Assembly: GCA_018818445.1 (NCBI GenBank)
Contig: JAHISC010000083.1
Coordinates: 1-30,589 of the forward strand
Length of the DNA stretch: 30,589 bases
Direction of reading: 5' to 3'
Source: Patescibacteria group bacterium
GTDB lineage: Bacteria > Patescibacteriota > Patescibacteriia > UBA9934
Below, piece by piece: positions 7,301 through 15,983 of the stretch. The position numbers and the translations under genes are program-made. Below the pieces are notes generated by a model. The model worked only from the letters and a program-made list of their open reading frames with translations, had not been told where the DNA came from and did no database searches. The first letter of the stretch is position 1; every line of letters starts with the position of its first letter.

Positions 7301-9217
7301 ATGATTGCCTCCAGTTTTAAAAAAAATAAACGAAAAAGCACTCATGCCTGGCGAATGAAGGCATTACGTTTATTATTCGTTGTTTTTACTGGGATTATTA
7401 TTTTTCGTCTATTTTCTTTACAAATTTTAAACGCCAATTTTTACGAAGCTTTAGCCTCTGGTCAGCACTCCTTTTATCAAGAGCTTTTTGCCGAGCGTGG
7501 CAGTATTTTTGTTCGTGATTGGAAGAGTAAAGAGGAATATGTTGTGGCTACCAATGAACCGCGTGGTTTTGTTTTTGCTGACCCGCGGCGTATTGAAAAT
7601 CCGGAAGAGACAACTCGCAAGTTATGCGAATTATTAGGTCACGAAGTGCCGGCAGTCACGGAGACTAGTACCGAGGCCGCAGACGGTTCTGATATTATGG
7701 CTGGCTTGGAAGATGAGGTTGTTACCGCAGAGGAAACAGTAAGTATTGATGTCTCGGTTGCAGATGAGTCAGCAGAAACAAATGGTGAAGAAGATCCGTA
7801 TGCGACATATAAGACGCTCCTTGAGCGTCTTTCCAAACAAGATGATCCTTATGAACCTGTCGAACGTGGGGTTAGCCAGACTATTCTCGATAAACTTGAT
7901 GCCGCTTCTCTTGCTGGTATCGATTATGTTCTCGAGGAATCCAGATCGTATCCAGAAGCGGGTCTTGGTGGTCATATTTTTGGCTTTGTTCGTCCTGGTG
8001 GGGAAGATCGGGCTGCTGGTCAATATGGATTAGAAGGATATTTTGATGAATTTTTAGCAGGCACAAACGGTTTCCTAGATACGCAGACAGATGCCTCAGG
8101 TAGATGGATTGCTGTAGGCTCACGGGAGTTTCAACCAGCTGTTGATGGCGGTGATCTACTATTAACTATAGATAGGACTGTGCAATACATTGCTTGCAAA
8201 AAGCTGAGTGAAGCCGTAGCAGCACATCAAGCTGACGGCGGCTCAGTGGTTATCATGCATCCACAGACTGGGAAAATAATTGCTATGTGCAATGTGCCAG
8301 ATTTTGATCCAAACGCTTATCAGGATGTTGAAGATATATCAGTTTACAATAACATAGCAATTTTTGAAGCTTATGAGCCTGGTTCCGTTTTTAAACCATT
8401 AGTAATGGCAGCAGCTATTGACATGAATGTCGTTGAACCAACAACCACTTATGTTGACGAAGGTGAGGTAAAGGTTGACGATCGAACTATCCGAAACTCT
8501 GATTTACTAGCGCACGGTTTGCAAACTATGACTGGTGTTTTAGAACTGTCATTGAACACTGGAATGGTTTTTGTTTCTCGTCGTTTGGGCGCTGAATCGA
8601 TGCGTAGCTATATTGAAAAGTTTGGTTTTGCTACTGCTTCTGGAATCGAGTTGGATACAGAATCATCTGGTAATACGGAAACCATCTATAAAAGTTCGGA
8701 GATTTATCAAGCAACAGCCAGCTACGGACAAGGTATTACAGTAACTTTACTGCAATTAACTACTGCATATGGTGCTATTGCAAACGGAGGTATGTTGATG
8801 GAGCCGTATATTGTTCAGGAAAGAAGACATGCCAACGGTACGGTTGAAGAGTTTAAGCCAAAGACTGTGCGCCAAGTTATTTCAAAAAAAACAGCCACCA
8901 CGATTGGTGCTATGATGGTTTCAGTGGTCGAAAACGGACATGCTGAAAAAGCGGCAGTGCCGGGCTACTATGTAGCGGGTAAAACTGGTACAGCTCAAGT
9001 TGCTCGCAAAGATGGACGTGGTTATGAAACGAATATAACAAAAGCGACGTTTGCTGGTTTTGGACCAGTTAGTGATCCAGTTTTTGTTATGGCAGTTTAT
9101 ATTGATCATCCACGCACTATTGGCTGGGCATCTGATACGGCTGCACCTGTTTGGGGGGATATCGCTGAATTTTTACTTCAATATTTTGAGGTTGCTCCAA
9201 CGCGAGCGCTCGAGTAA
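7301..9217 (+). CDS. ftsI: Class B penicillin-binding protein (FtsI/PBP2-like transpeptidase)
   Basis: N-terminal TM helix, RGSIF, GGHIFG, YGLEGYF, EPGSVFK (SxxK), SLN (SxN), KTGTAQ; upstream of murF. Confidence 0.85.
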   Translation: MIASSFKKNKRKSTHAWRMKALRLLFVVFTGIIIFRLFSLQILNANFYEALASGQHSFYQELFAERGSIFVRDWKSKEEYVVATNEPRGFVFADPRRIENPEETTRKLCELLGHEVPAVTETSTEAADGSDIMAGLEDEVVTAEETVSIDVSVADESAETNGEEDPYATYKTLLERLSKQDDPYEPVERGVSQTILDKLDAASLAGIDYVLEESRSYPEAGLGGHIFGFVRPGGEDRAAGQYGLEGYFDEFLAGTNGFLDTQTDASGRWIAVGSREFQPAVDGGDLLLTIDRTVQYIACKKLSEAVAAHQADGGSVVIMHPQTGKIIAMCNVPDFDPNAYQDVEDISVYNNIAIFEAYEPGSVFKPLVMAAAIDMNVVEPTTTYVDEGEVKVDDRTIRNSDLLAHGLQTMTGVLELSLNTGMVFVSRRLGAESMRSYIEKFGFATASGIELDTESSGNTETIYKSSEIYQATASYGQGITVTLLQLTTAYGAIANGGMLMEPYIVQERRHANGTVEEFKPKTVRQVISKKTATTIGAMMVSVVENGHAEKAAVPGYYVAGKTGTAQVARKDGRGYETNITKATFAGFGPVSDPVFVMAVYIDHPRTIGWASDTAAPVWGDIAEFLLQYFEVAPTRALE

Positions 9218-9228
9218 TATTAAGATGT

Positions 9229-10521
9229 ATGAAAAAACTTATTACTAAGATGCTCCAGCAGCGTGCAAAAAAAGTATTAAAGAAATTTGATCCACAGGTC
9301 ATTGCAATTACTGGTTCAGTGGGTAAAACTTCTGCAAAGCAGGCCATTATCACTGCTATTCTAGATGACTTTACTGTTCGTACTGGTCTGAAAAATTATA
9401 ACAATGAAATTGGGGTACCCTTGGCTATTTTGGGTGAAAAAAGTCCAGGTAAATCGATTTTTGGTTGGTTGGGTCTTTTATGGCGTAGCTATCATATAAA
9501 AACATTTCCTGAGATTTTAGTATTGGAGTTTGGCATTGATCATCCTGGAGATATGGCTGTTCTTTGTGATATTGCCGAGCCAAGTATCGCAGTGGTGACT
9601 GGAATTTCTCCTGTTCATGCTGAATATTTCAAAGATATCGATGACCTAGCGAGGGAAAAGGGTGAGATTGTTACTTATGTCAAAGATATTGGTCACGTTA
9701 TTCTTAATGCTGATGATGAACGTATTAGGTCAATGCAAGATAGAACTATAGCGCCTGTAATTTTTTACGGCTCAAATTCCACTAATATTTCGTTTAAGAA
9801 TTTACAGATTACGACTCTTCGTGATGAAGAGTTTGATCCTGGTGAAGTTTTTGTTAGAACTCAAGCTGAAATTTATGAAGGAATGGAGATGGTTGGTGAG
9901 CTTGATCTAACTAATTTGATTGGCTATGCACCAGCAATGGCAGCTTTGGCAGGATTAGCTGTTGCAAAAGCATTAGATCTTGATTTAGCGACAGTTGTGA
10001 ACAGGTTGAATAATGGAATGACTCCGGTTTCGGGCAGACTCAGGCCTATACCAGGAATCAAGGGCACATTAGTGATCGACGACTCATACAATGCGGCGCC
10101 AGCAGCTATGCAAAATGGCTTAGAGATCTTGCGATTGTTTTCACCTGGCGAAGAAAAAGATCGACGTATTGCAGTTTTAGGTCAGATGATGGAACTCGGC
10201 AGTTACAGTGAGGATGAGCATCGAATGATCGGAATGAAAGTGGCGGAAGTGGCAGATTTGTTTATTGCTGTGGGTGAGAGGATGTTACCGGCCGTAGCAG
10301 CCGCGAAAGAAGCCGGAATGGATCCGGAGCATGTTGAATGGTTTAAAAATTCAGAAGAAGCCGGACGTTATCTCGATTTGATTTTACAAACAGGCGATGT
10401 GGTTTATGTAAAGGGTTCACAATCATCACGAATGGAAAAGGTGGTCAAAGATATTATGGCCGAGCCACTACGCGCTCAAGAGCTCCTGGTGCGTCAAGAC
10501 GAAGGCTGGTTGAAGGAATAG
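9229..10521 (+). CDS. murF: UDP-N-acetylmuramoyl-tripeptide--D-alanyl-D-alanine ligase
   Basis: ITGSVGKTSAK P-loop, NYNNEIGVPL, IDDSYNAAP, LGQMMELG, VKGSQ. Confidence 0.93.
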   Translation: MKKLITKMLQQRAKKVLKKFDPQVIAITGSVGKTSAKQAIITAILDDFTVRTGLKNYNNEIGVPLAILGEKSPGKSIFGWLGLLWRSYHIKTFPEILVLEFGIDHPGDMAVLCDIAEPSIAVVTGISPVHAEYFKDIDDLAREKGEIVTYVKDIGHVILNADDERIRSMQDRTIAPVIFYGSNSTNISFKNLQITTLRDEEFDPGEVFVRTQAEIYEGMEMVGELDLTNLIGYAPAMAALAGLAVAKALDLDLATVVNRLNNGMTPVSGRLRPIPGIKGTLVIDDSYNAAPAAMQNGLEILRLFSPGEEKDRRIAVLGQMMELGSYSEDEHRMIGMKVAEVADLFIAVGERMLPAVAAAKEAGMDPEHVEWFKNSEEAGRYLDLILQTGDVVYVKGSQSSRMEKVVKDIMAEPLRAQELLVRQDEGWLKE

Positions 10522-10565
10522 AATACGGCATCGAGGAGTTTATTCAAAAATTCAATAGTTAATCT

Positions 10566-10934
10566 ATGAATGATCTGATCGAAATTGCTAAAGAGGTAAT
10601 TGAAAATCATTATCAAAAAGGACGACACTCCACCGGTGCGGCAATGCGTACTAAGTCAGGAAAAGTCTATACTGGAATTTCGATTAACGCGCAGAAATTA
10701 CATTTATGTTCGGAATGGGGAGCTTTACACCAGGCTTTTTTAGCAGGTGAAAGTGAGATTGAGATGATTGTTGCGGTTCATCGAACTTGTGAAGGTGATT
10801 TTGAAATTTATTCACCTTGCGGGTTGTGTCGAGAATTATTTATAACTTATTGCCCAGACGCTGAAGTAATTTTGTCTGATAAAACGTCAGTTAGAGCTAA
10901 AGATCTTTTACCAAATGCCTGGCAGAAAAAATAA
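10566..10934 (+). CDS. cdd: Cytidine deaminase-like Zn deaminase (Cys-type)
   Basis: GKVYTGI, CSE motif, SPCGLCRE, LLPNAW. Confidence 0.75.
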   Translation: MNDLIEIAKEVIENHYQKGRHSTGAAMRTKSGKVYTGISINAQKLHLCSEWGALHQAFLAGESEIEMIVAVHRTCEGDFEIYSPCGLCRELFITYCPDAEVILSDKTSVRAKDLLPNAWQKK

Positions 10935-10961
10935 TTTACACACTTATGATCCGGCCGGATC
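10935..10961. promoter_or_regulatory. Upstream motif TTTACACACTTAT-GATCCGGCCGGATC with 14-bp palindrome
   Basis: GATCCGGCCGGATC at 10948-10961, 4 nt before ATG 10966; 22/27 identical to 11524-11550. Confidence 0.8.
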
Positions 10962-10965
10962 TAAT

Positions 10966-11487
10966 ATGCGTAAAAAATCATTGAAATCAAATTCACGACA
11001 AGCGAAACTTTTACTTGAGCTAGATGAAGCACTAGATTTTTGGTTTACCATGGCAACTCAACAAACTGCTGTTTTAAAGTACGGCATGGATGGCGTTCGA
11101 TATTATCGTTCAGTCAGAGAAAGAGCTTATCAAAGACAGGCAATGAGGCGGCTTGAAGAAGCAAAAATTCTCGCAATAAAAAGAGTAGGAGATCAATATG
11201 CAGCAGAATTAACTTGTGATGGAGTCGAAGAATTGTTTAGATTAAAGGCACAAATAGCACAAAAGCTGCCAGAAGGTGAGATATGCATGGTTGTTTTCGA
11301 TATACCGGAATCAAATAGAAAATTACGCAGTCTATTACGTCGATTTCTTAAGAAAGCAGGATTTACTATGTTGCAACAAAGTGTTTGGATTATTAAAAAG
11401 GATCTGTATGAGGATTTAGCTATGCTTTTCACGATAAATGGAGCAATACAATGGGTAAAAGTTTTCAAATCGACAGAGGTAAATTAA
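10966..11487 (+). CDS. PaaX-like protein (wHTH-like + Cas2-like domain), copy 2
   Basis: AELTCDG then MVVFDIPESNRKLR...LKKAGFTMLQQSVW; clearly homologous to 784-1308; ATG 10966 preferred to 10915, which overlaps cdd. Confidence 0.8.
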   Translation: MRKKSLKSNSRQAKLLLELDEALDFWFTMATQQTAVLKYGMDGVRYYRSVRERAYQRQAMRRLEEAKILAIKRVGDQYAAELTCDGVEELFRLKAQIAQKLPEGEICMVVFDIPESNRKLRSLLRRFLKKAGFTMLQQSVWIIKKDLYEDLAMLFTINGAIQWVKVFKSTEVN

Positions 11488-11520
11488 TTTTTATACATCA
11501 GAAAATAATGTATTTTAAAT

Positions 11521-11566
11521 ATCTTTACACAAATAAGGTCCGGCCGGACCTTATTTGTGTAAAGAT
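11521..11566. repeat. Perfect 46-bp palindrome without a loop
   Basis: ATCTTTACACAAATAAGGTCCGG|CCGGACCTTATTTGTGTAAAGAT; all 23 pairs checked. Confidence 0.95.
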
Positions 11567-11655
11567 TAGTAACTACTCAAAATATTAGATTATAACAATT
11601 GAAGATCTTGAAGATCTCTAATAATTGTTATCAATGATTCATTGAAGCAGATGAA

Positions 11656-13482
11656 TTAATCCACTGTTACAGCTTTAGCAAGATTACGGGGTTTGTCTGG
11701 ATTATGACCACGCAGGACTGCTAGTTCATAAGCAATTAACTGCATAGGGACAACTGCTAACAGTGCAGTCAGAGGTCCATTGGTTGGTATTTCAATAACA
11801 GCATTAGCTATACCGTCAGCTAACTCTTTTTTATTAGTAATAACTATAGTGTAGGCACCGCGAGCGCGTACTTCTTCTGCAGCAGTGCGCATAAAGTGAG
11901 CATGATTGTCGTCTAAAATCGTCATTATAATCGGCGTACCTTCTTCAATTAGAGCAAATGGACCATGCTTCAAAGCACCACCTGGATAACCTTCAGCGTG
12001 TAAATATGTGATTTCTTTAATTTTGAGCGCACCTTCTCTGGCAATTGGTTCAGCATAACCTTTACCGAGCACAAAGCAATGCTCAGCATCAATCAGATTA
12101 CCAGCTATCTCCCTGCATTGCTCTTCAACATGCAAACTCATACCAACGCTGGTAGGCAGCCGATGTAATGATTCTATTAAGTTACGGCGTGCTTGATTTT
12201 CTAGATTCCTATTTTGAGCGAACCAATTTGCTACCAAGGAAAGCACAGTTACCTGAGTTGTGAATGCCTTGGTTGAGGCTACGGCGTGTTCTCGGCCAGC
12301 ATTAAGATAAACTCCGCAGCGAGTAGTTCGTGGAATCAGTGAACCAACAGCATTGATAATTGAAAATACTGGGATACCAGATTTTTGCGCGTTAGCGACT
12401 GCTCTATGAACATCTTTAGTTTCACCCGATTGTGATATTACTAGTAGGCCGCCATTTTCTTTTGGAAAAATGTCTCGGTTCATCTCAGCAGCGTCGATAA
12501 CTTGAACAGTTTCAAATGCTCTCAATGATCTCATTAATTGAGCGCCGTAGAGCGCAGCAAAGAATGAAGTTCCGCAAGCAGCAATAATTAGGTGTTTGAT
12601 GTTCAGAAGATTTTCTCTTTGCTCCTCCAAACCTCCGAGCTTAACATTAGCTTCATCAAAAATTCGTCCACCATAGTTTAAGGAACGCGAAATTGCTTCT
12701 GGTTGCTCTGATATTTCTTTAATTGTCCAGTGCGGATAAGGAGCTGGAGAGAGCTCGATTTTTTCATCCGGCGCCTGTTCTATACGAGCTAGGTCGAGTG
12801 AATGCCCGTCTGCCTTAATAATAGCGATTTCATCATTTTCGAGAGCAATAAATTCTTTGGTTTGCTGACTAAAAGCGGCCGGTTCACTGGCAATAAACAT
12901 ATTGCCTTTGCCAACTCCAATAACAATTGGACTTCCATTTCTGGCAGCAATAATTTGATCTGGTGCATCTTTAGAAATAATCGCTAACCCCCAAGTGCCT
13001 TCAAGCCGGTTAAGTGTCTTTTTGATAGCACTCATAAGATCTAGACCTTGGTCGAGAAAGACTCCGATGAGCTGAGCAATCACTTCTGTATCAGTTTCAG
13101 ATCTAAATTTAATGCCTGTAGCTTGTAATTCTTCACGTAGTTTTAGCGAATTTTCAATTACGCCATTGTGGACAAGAGCAATTCTATCTTTTTGATCATG
13201 ATGCGGGTGAGCATTGGCATCAGTTTTACCTCCATGTGTTGCCCAGCGAGTGTGAGCAATACCGGTAGGGTGAGCCTCGTGAGCGTCTTTTACTTCACGT
13301 AGCTGTTCGATCGCATCTGACGTTGAGCCAATACTAGCGAATTTCGTAGTCACTAATGCTCCGCCTGGAGATATCGAAGAGATTCCAGCCGAATCATAGC
13401 CACGATTTTCCAAAATCGTGAGACCTGTTAATAAATGAGGTGCGGCCGCTTCGCGACCGACGAATCCAACAATTCCACACAT
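11656..13482 (-). CDS. glmS: Glutamine--fructose-6-phosphate aminotransferase
   Basis: MCGIVG, NRGYDSAG, HTRWATHG, SQSGET, VASTKAF, LKHGP, NLAKAVTVD. Confidence 0.97.
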   Translation of the reverse strand: MCGIVGFVGREAAAPHLLTGLTILENRGYDSAGISSISPGGALVTTKFASIGSTSDAIEQLREVKDAHEAHPTGIAHTRWATHGGKTDANAHPHHDQKDRIALVHNGVIENSLKLREELQATGIKFRSETDTEVIAQLIGVFLDQGLDLMSAIKKTLNRLEGTWGLAIISKDAPDQIIAARNGSPIVIGVGKGNMFIASEPAAFSQQTKEFIALENDEIAIIKADGHSLDLARIEQAPDEKIELSPAPYPHWTIKEISEQPEAISRSLNYGGRIFDEANVKLGGLEEQRENLLNIKHLIIAACGTSFFAALYGAQLMRSLRAFETVQVIDAAEMNRDIFPKENGGLLVISQSGETKDVHRAVANAQKSGIPVFSIINAVGSLIPRTTRCGVYLNAGREHAVASTKAFTTQVTVLSLVANWFAQNRNLENQARRNLIESLHRLPTSVGMSLHVEEQCREIAGNLIDAEHCFVLGKGYAEPIAREGALKIKEITYLHAEGYPGGALKHGPFALIEEGTPIIMTILDDNHAHFMRTAAEEVRARGAYTIVITNKKELADGIANAVIEIPTNGPLTALLAVVPMQLIAYELAVLRGHNPDKPRNLAKAVTVD

Positions 13483-13552
13483 AGTGATGTTATTCTAATT
13501 GACTTAACAAAAAATGGCAAAGTCTATTCAAGATGCCTTGGTTTAGGTACAC

Positions 13553-13561
13553 TGTGGATAA
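13553..13561 (-). promoter_or_regulatory. Perfect DnaA box in the glmS divergent intergenic region
   Basis: TGTGGATAA, 16 nt before ATG 13578. Confidence 0.55.
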
Positions 13562-13577
13562 CTTAAAAATATACTTT

Positions 13578-14120
13578 ATGGAAACACAAAATAGTGAGTT
13601 CGATGACATGAGCCAGGTAGACCTGGAGAATTTTCGGCTCGATAAAACGACCCAAGAGGTTGAAGATGAAGCAGTGCGTAGGAGGGCAGAGCAACTTGCT
13701 GAAAGATTAAGAGAGAAGAATGCCTTGCAGGAAGAGGCTTTTGCCGAGGCCGACAAGGTAATCATCGGGCAAGCCGAAATGGAGGCACGACGCCAGACAG
13801 CTAAGCAGGAAGGTAAAGAAGATGAGTTTAAAAAATATGAAGCTGCAAAAGATCAGCTGCCTTCGCTTGAAGGAAAGATTGAGTCGCTACAGCGCGAGAT
13901 TCAAAAGGCTGAAGCAGAATTAGAAGAAGCTGAAAAGATTTTTACACAATGGAGTGAATCTGGTGGTACGCTAAAGAAATTTTGGAATCGAATTCGTGGT
14001 AATACTGATTTGCAGAAAACAATTGATTTAGAAAAAGAGAAATTAGCAGCCAAGGAATACGCATTAGATGAGGCTAATATAGCGTATCAAGAGATGCGAG
14101 AAATTATAGATAAGTTTTAA
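13578..14120 (+). CDS. Hypothetical coiled-coil protein
   Basis: Glu/Lys/Ala-rich helical ORF; ATG 13578 preferred to 13533. Confidence 0.7.
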   Translation: METQNSEFDDMSQVDLENFRLDKTTQEVEDEAVRRRAEQLAERLREKNALQEEAFAEADKVIIGQAEMEARRQTAKQEGKEDEFKKYEAAKDQLPSLEGKIESLQREIQKAEAELEEAEKIFTQWSESGGTLKKFWNRIRGNTDLQKTIDLEKEKLAAKEYALDEANIAYQEMREIIDKF

Positions 14121-14139
14121 AAAAAACTAGTTAAGCAAG

Positions 14140-14167
14140 AGCGGCGTCCACGAGTGTGGGCGCCGCT
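14140..14167. terminator. GC-rich hairpin between convergent genes
   Basis: AGCGGCGTCCAC-GAGT-GTGGGCGCCGCT, 12-bp stem with one G-U on the plus strand. Confidence 0.6.
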
Positions 14168-14173
14168 GGGGTG

Positions 14174-14467
14174 TTAGGCCTCAATCTTCTCTTGGCAGAG
14201 CTTCTCAGCCAGCCAGAGATGATGGGCCTCGTCGACCATGGTGAGACGGATACGGCGCCTCTCTTCGTCGCTGACGAAGAGAAATTGCAGCAGGTCTTGC
14301 CAGGTCTTCAGGTGTCGGAGTGTTGGCTCGTTGCTGGTTTTCTCAGCAATTAGCCGTGAGTTACCCCGGGTCACCTTCAGGTTGTAGTAAACGAACCGGA
14401 GGCGGAGCCTGAAGCTACGCCAGCGGAGAGACAACTGGACAACCCAGTCTATTAAAACGCGCTTCAT
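14174..14467 (-). CDS. GC-rich orphan hypothetical protein (97 aa)
   Basis: ATG 14467 preceded by GGAGGT; promoter TTGACA(14517-14512)-N17-TAAGGT(14494-14489); about 70% of codons end in G/C by hand count. Confidence 0.6.
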   Translation of the reverse strand: MKRVLIDWVVQLSLRWRSFRLRLRFVYYNLKVTRGNSRLIAEKTSNEPTLRHLKTWQDLLQFLFVSDEERRRIRLTMVDEAHHLWLAEKLCQEKIEA

Positions 14468-14539
14468 TGCACCTCCAAGCGACCGCAAACCTTAGCCTAT
14501 TTTATTCTTTCTGTCAAGTTTAAGACAATAATAATTCCA

Positions 14540-14575
14540 TTGACGTTTGTGACAATAACGGGTATAGTTCACAAA
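14540..14575 (+). promoter_or_regulatory. Sigma70 promoter TTGACG-N17-TATAGT overlapped by inverted repeat TTTGTGA-N16-TCACAAA
   Basis: -35 at 14540-14545, -10 at 14563-14568; repeat arms 14546-14552 and 14569-14575. Confidence 0.65.
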
Positions 14576-14589
14576 ATTTATCGCAAACT

Positions 14590-14982
14590 ATGGCAAGGAA
14601 AGAAAAACAATTTTCCGGCCCGGTCGTGCGGGGCGAAGGCATTGCAGCGAGAGACTTCGATTTTCCAACGGCTAATCTTGATTTGGGCCACCAGCCAGAT
14701 TTGGAGCATGGTATATTCGCAGCTAAGGTCTATTTTGATGGCTGGGAGTTTCCTGGGGCGCTTTGCTATGGTTCGGGAGATCCACCGAAATTTGAAGTAC
14801 ATTTACTCGGCTTTGAAGGTGATCTAATCGGCAAAGAACTTGATGTGATTATTATGCAAAAGGTTAGTGAATTGATCGGTTATGATTCAAAAGAACGTCT
14901 GCGCCAGAAAATCCAGCACGACGTTCAATTAGTTGAAGAATTTTTTAGAAATTTAAACCAAACTCCACCAGAAGAAAAATAA
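14590..14982 (+). CDS. Monofunctional riboflavin kinase (RibF C-terminal domain only)
   Basis: GPVVRG, FPTAN, FEVHLLGFEGDL, QKIQHDV; no FAD-synthetase domain. Confidence 0.85.
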   Translation: MARKEKQFSGPVVRGEGIAARDFDFPTANLDLGHQPDLEHGIFAAKVYFDGWEFPGALCYGSGDPPKFEVHLLGFEGDLIGKELDVIIMQKVSELIGYDSKERLRQKIQHDVQLVEEFFRNLNQTPPEEK

Positions 14983-15003
14983 CCGGTTTGAACCGGTTAT
15001 TTT
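14976..15003. terminator. Bidirectional terminator-like inverted repeat
   Basis: AAAATAACCGGTT-TG-AACCGGTTATTTT between convergent stop codons. Confidence 0.7.
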
Positions 15004-15004
15004 G

Positions 15005-15949
15005 TTACTCTATCATTTTTCTTCTTGGCAATGGGCGTTTTCTGATGGTGCCAAACTTTTCAACTCTGTGTTCTATGAAGTGAACCATTTTTTCGGCAAT
15101 ATTCACGCCCGAGGCTTTACTAATACCTTCCAGTCCTGGGTTGGAATTAACTTCAATAATTTTTGGTCCTTTATTAGTTCTGAGGATATCTACACCGGCA
15201 ATGTCTAGATTTAAAACCTGAGTTGCCTTGATTGCAATTTTCTTTTCTTCAGGTGATAAGTCAGCTACTCCAACACTCCCGCCTTTGTGGAAGTTAGCTC
15301 TAAATTCTCCGCTCTTAGCAACACGTTCCATAGTGGCCAAAACCTTCTTTCCAACTACAAAAACACGTAAGTCCTTACCTTTGGCTTCTTTGATATATTC
15401 CTGTAGCGATACTGGACCATGTTCTGCGGTGGTCAAGTATTCAACGATTGGCTTGAGTGAGCGTTCCGATTCAGCTAAAAAGACACCACGTCCATGAGTA
15501 CCGTAAATAGATTTGATAATTACTGGAAAACGAAATTCTCGTGCCGCTTCTTCTAAAATAGCCGGATCTTCGACTACAACGGTTTTTGGTACCGGTATGC
15601 CAAAGTGATCCAACATTTGCAAAGTTCTAATTTTGTTTTTTGCACGGAAGACTCCGATATAGCCATTCAGGACATAGAAGCCGGCCAACTGAAACTGTTT
15701 AATGATTGAAGCATTAACACTTGGATCTTTTGTAAAACCTGGACGAACTAGCAAGACATCGTAATCATTTGGATCTAGGGCCTTACCTTTGTAGGTTAAG
15801 GTTTTGTCATTGCCAAAAACAAGACCAACATATGGGCTAAAGAAAACTTTAACTTTATGGCCACGTTCCTTAGCTTCTTTGATAATACTTTTGGTTCCCA
15901 CGGCCAACTGTTTGTTGGACTTAACAAAGGTGAGTATAGCGATGTTCAT
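15005..15949 (-). CDS. rimK: RimK-family ATP-grasp alpha-L-glutamate ligase
   Basis: NKIRTLQML, GIPVPKT, GTHGRGV, LQEYI, DLRVFVVG, FRANFHKGG, AGVDIL, EVNSNPG. Confidence 0.85.
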   Translation of the reverse strand: MNIAILTFVKSNKQLAVGTKSIIKEAKERGHKVKVFFSPYVGLVFGNDKTLTYKGKALDPNDYDVLLVRPGFTKDPSVNASIIKQFQLAGFYVLNGYIGVFRAKNKIRTLQMLDHFGIPVPKTVVVEDPAILEEAAREFRFPVIIKSIYGTHGRGVFLAESERSLKPIVEYLTTAEHGPVSLQEYIKEAKGKDLRVFVVGKKVLATMERVAKSGEFRANFHKGGSVGVADLSPEEKKIAIKATQVLNLDIAGVDILRTNKGPKIIEVNSNPGLEGISKASGVNIAEKMVHFIEHRVEKFGTIRKRPLPRRKMIE

Positions 15950-15983
15950 ATCGATGGAAGTGTAGAATTAATTTTGCTCTAGG

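Noticed and set aside
13483-13577. glmS ribozyme upstream of glmS
   Set aside because: The gap is only 95 bp, AT-rich and shared with a divergent gene; no ribozyme core recognised.
14156-14353. Plus-strand 65-aa ORF in the GC-rich patch
   Set aside because: Shadow of the minus-strand ORF, which has the promoter, SD and third-position GC bias.
14129-14529. Target-site duplication around the GC-rich cassette (AGTTAAGCAA versus AGTTTAAGACAA)
   Set aside because: Too short and imperfect in AT-rich DNA to support.
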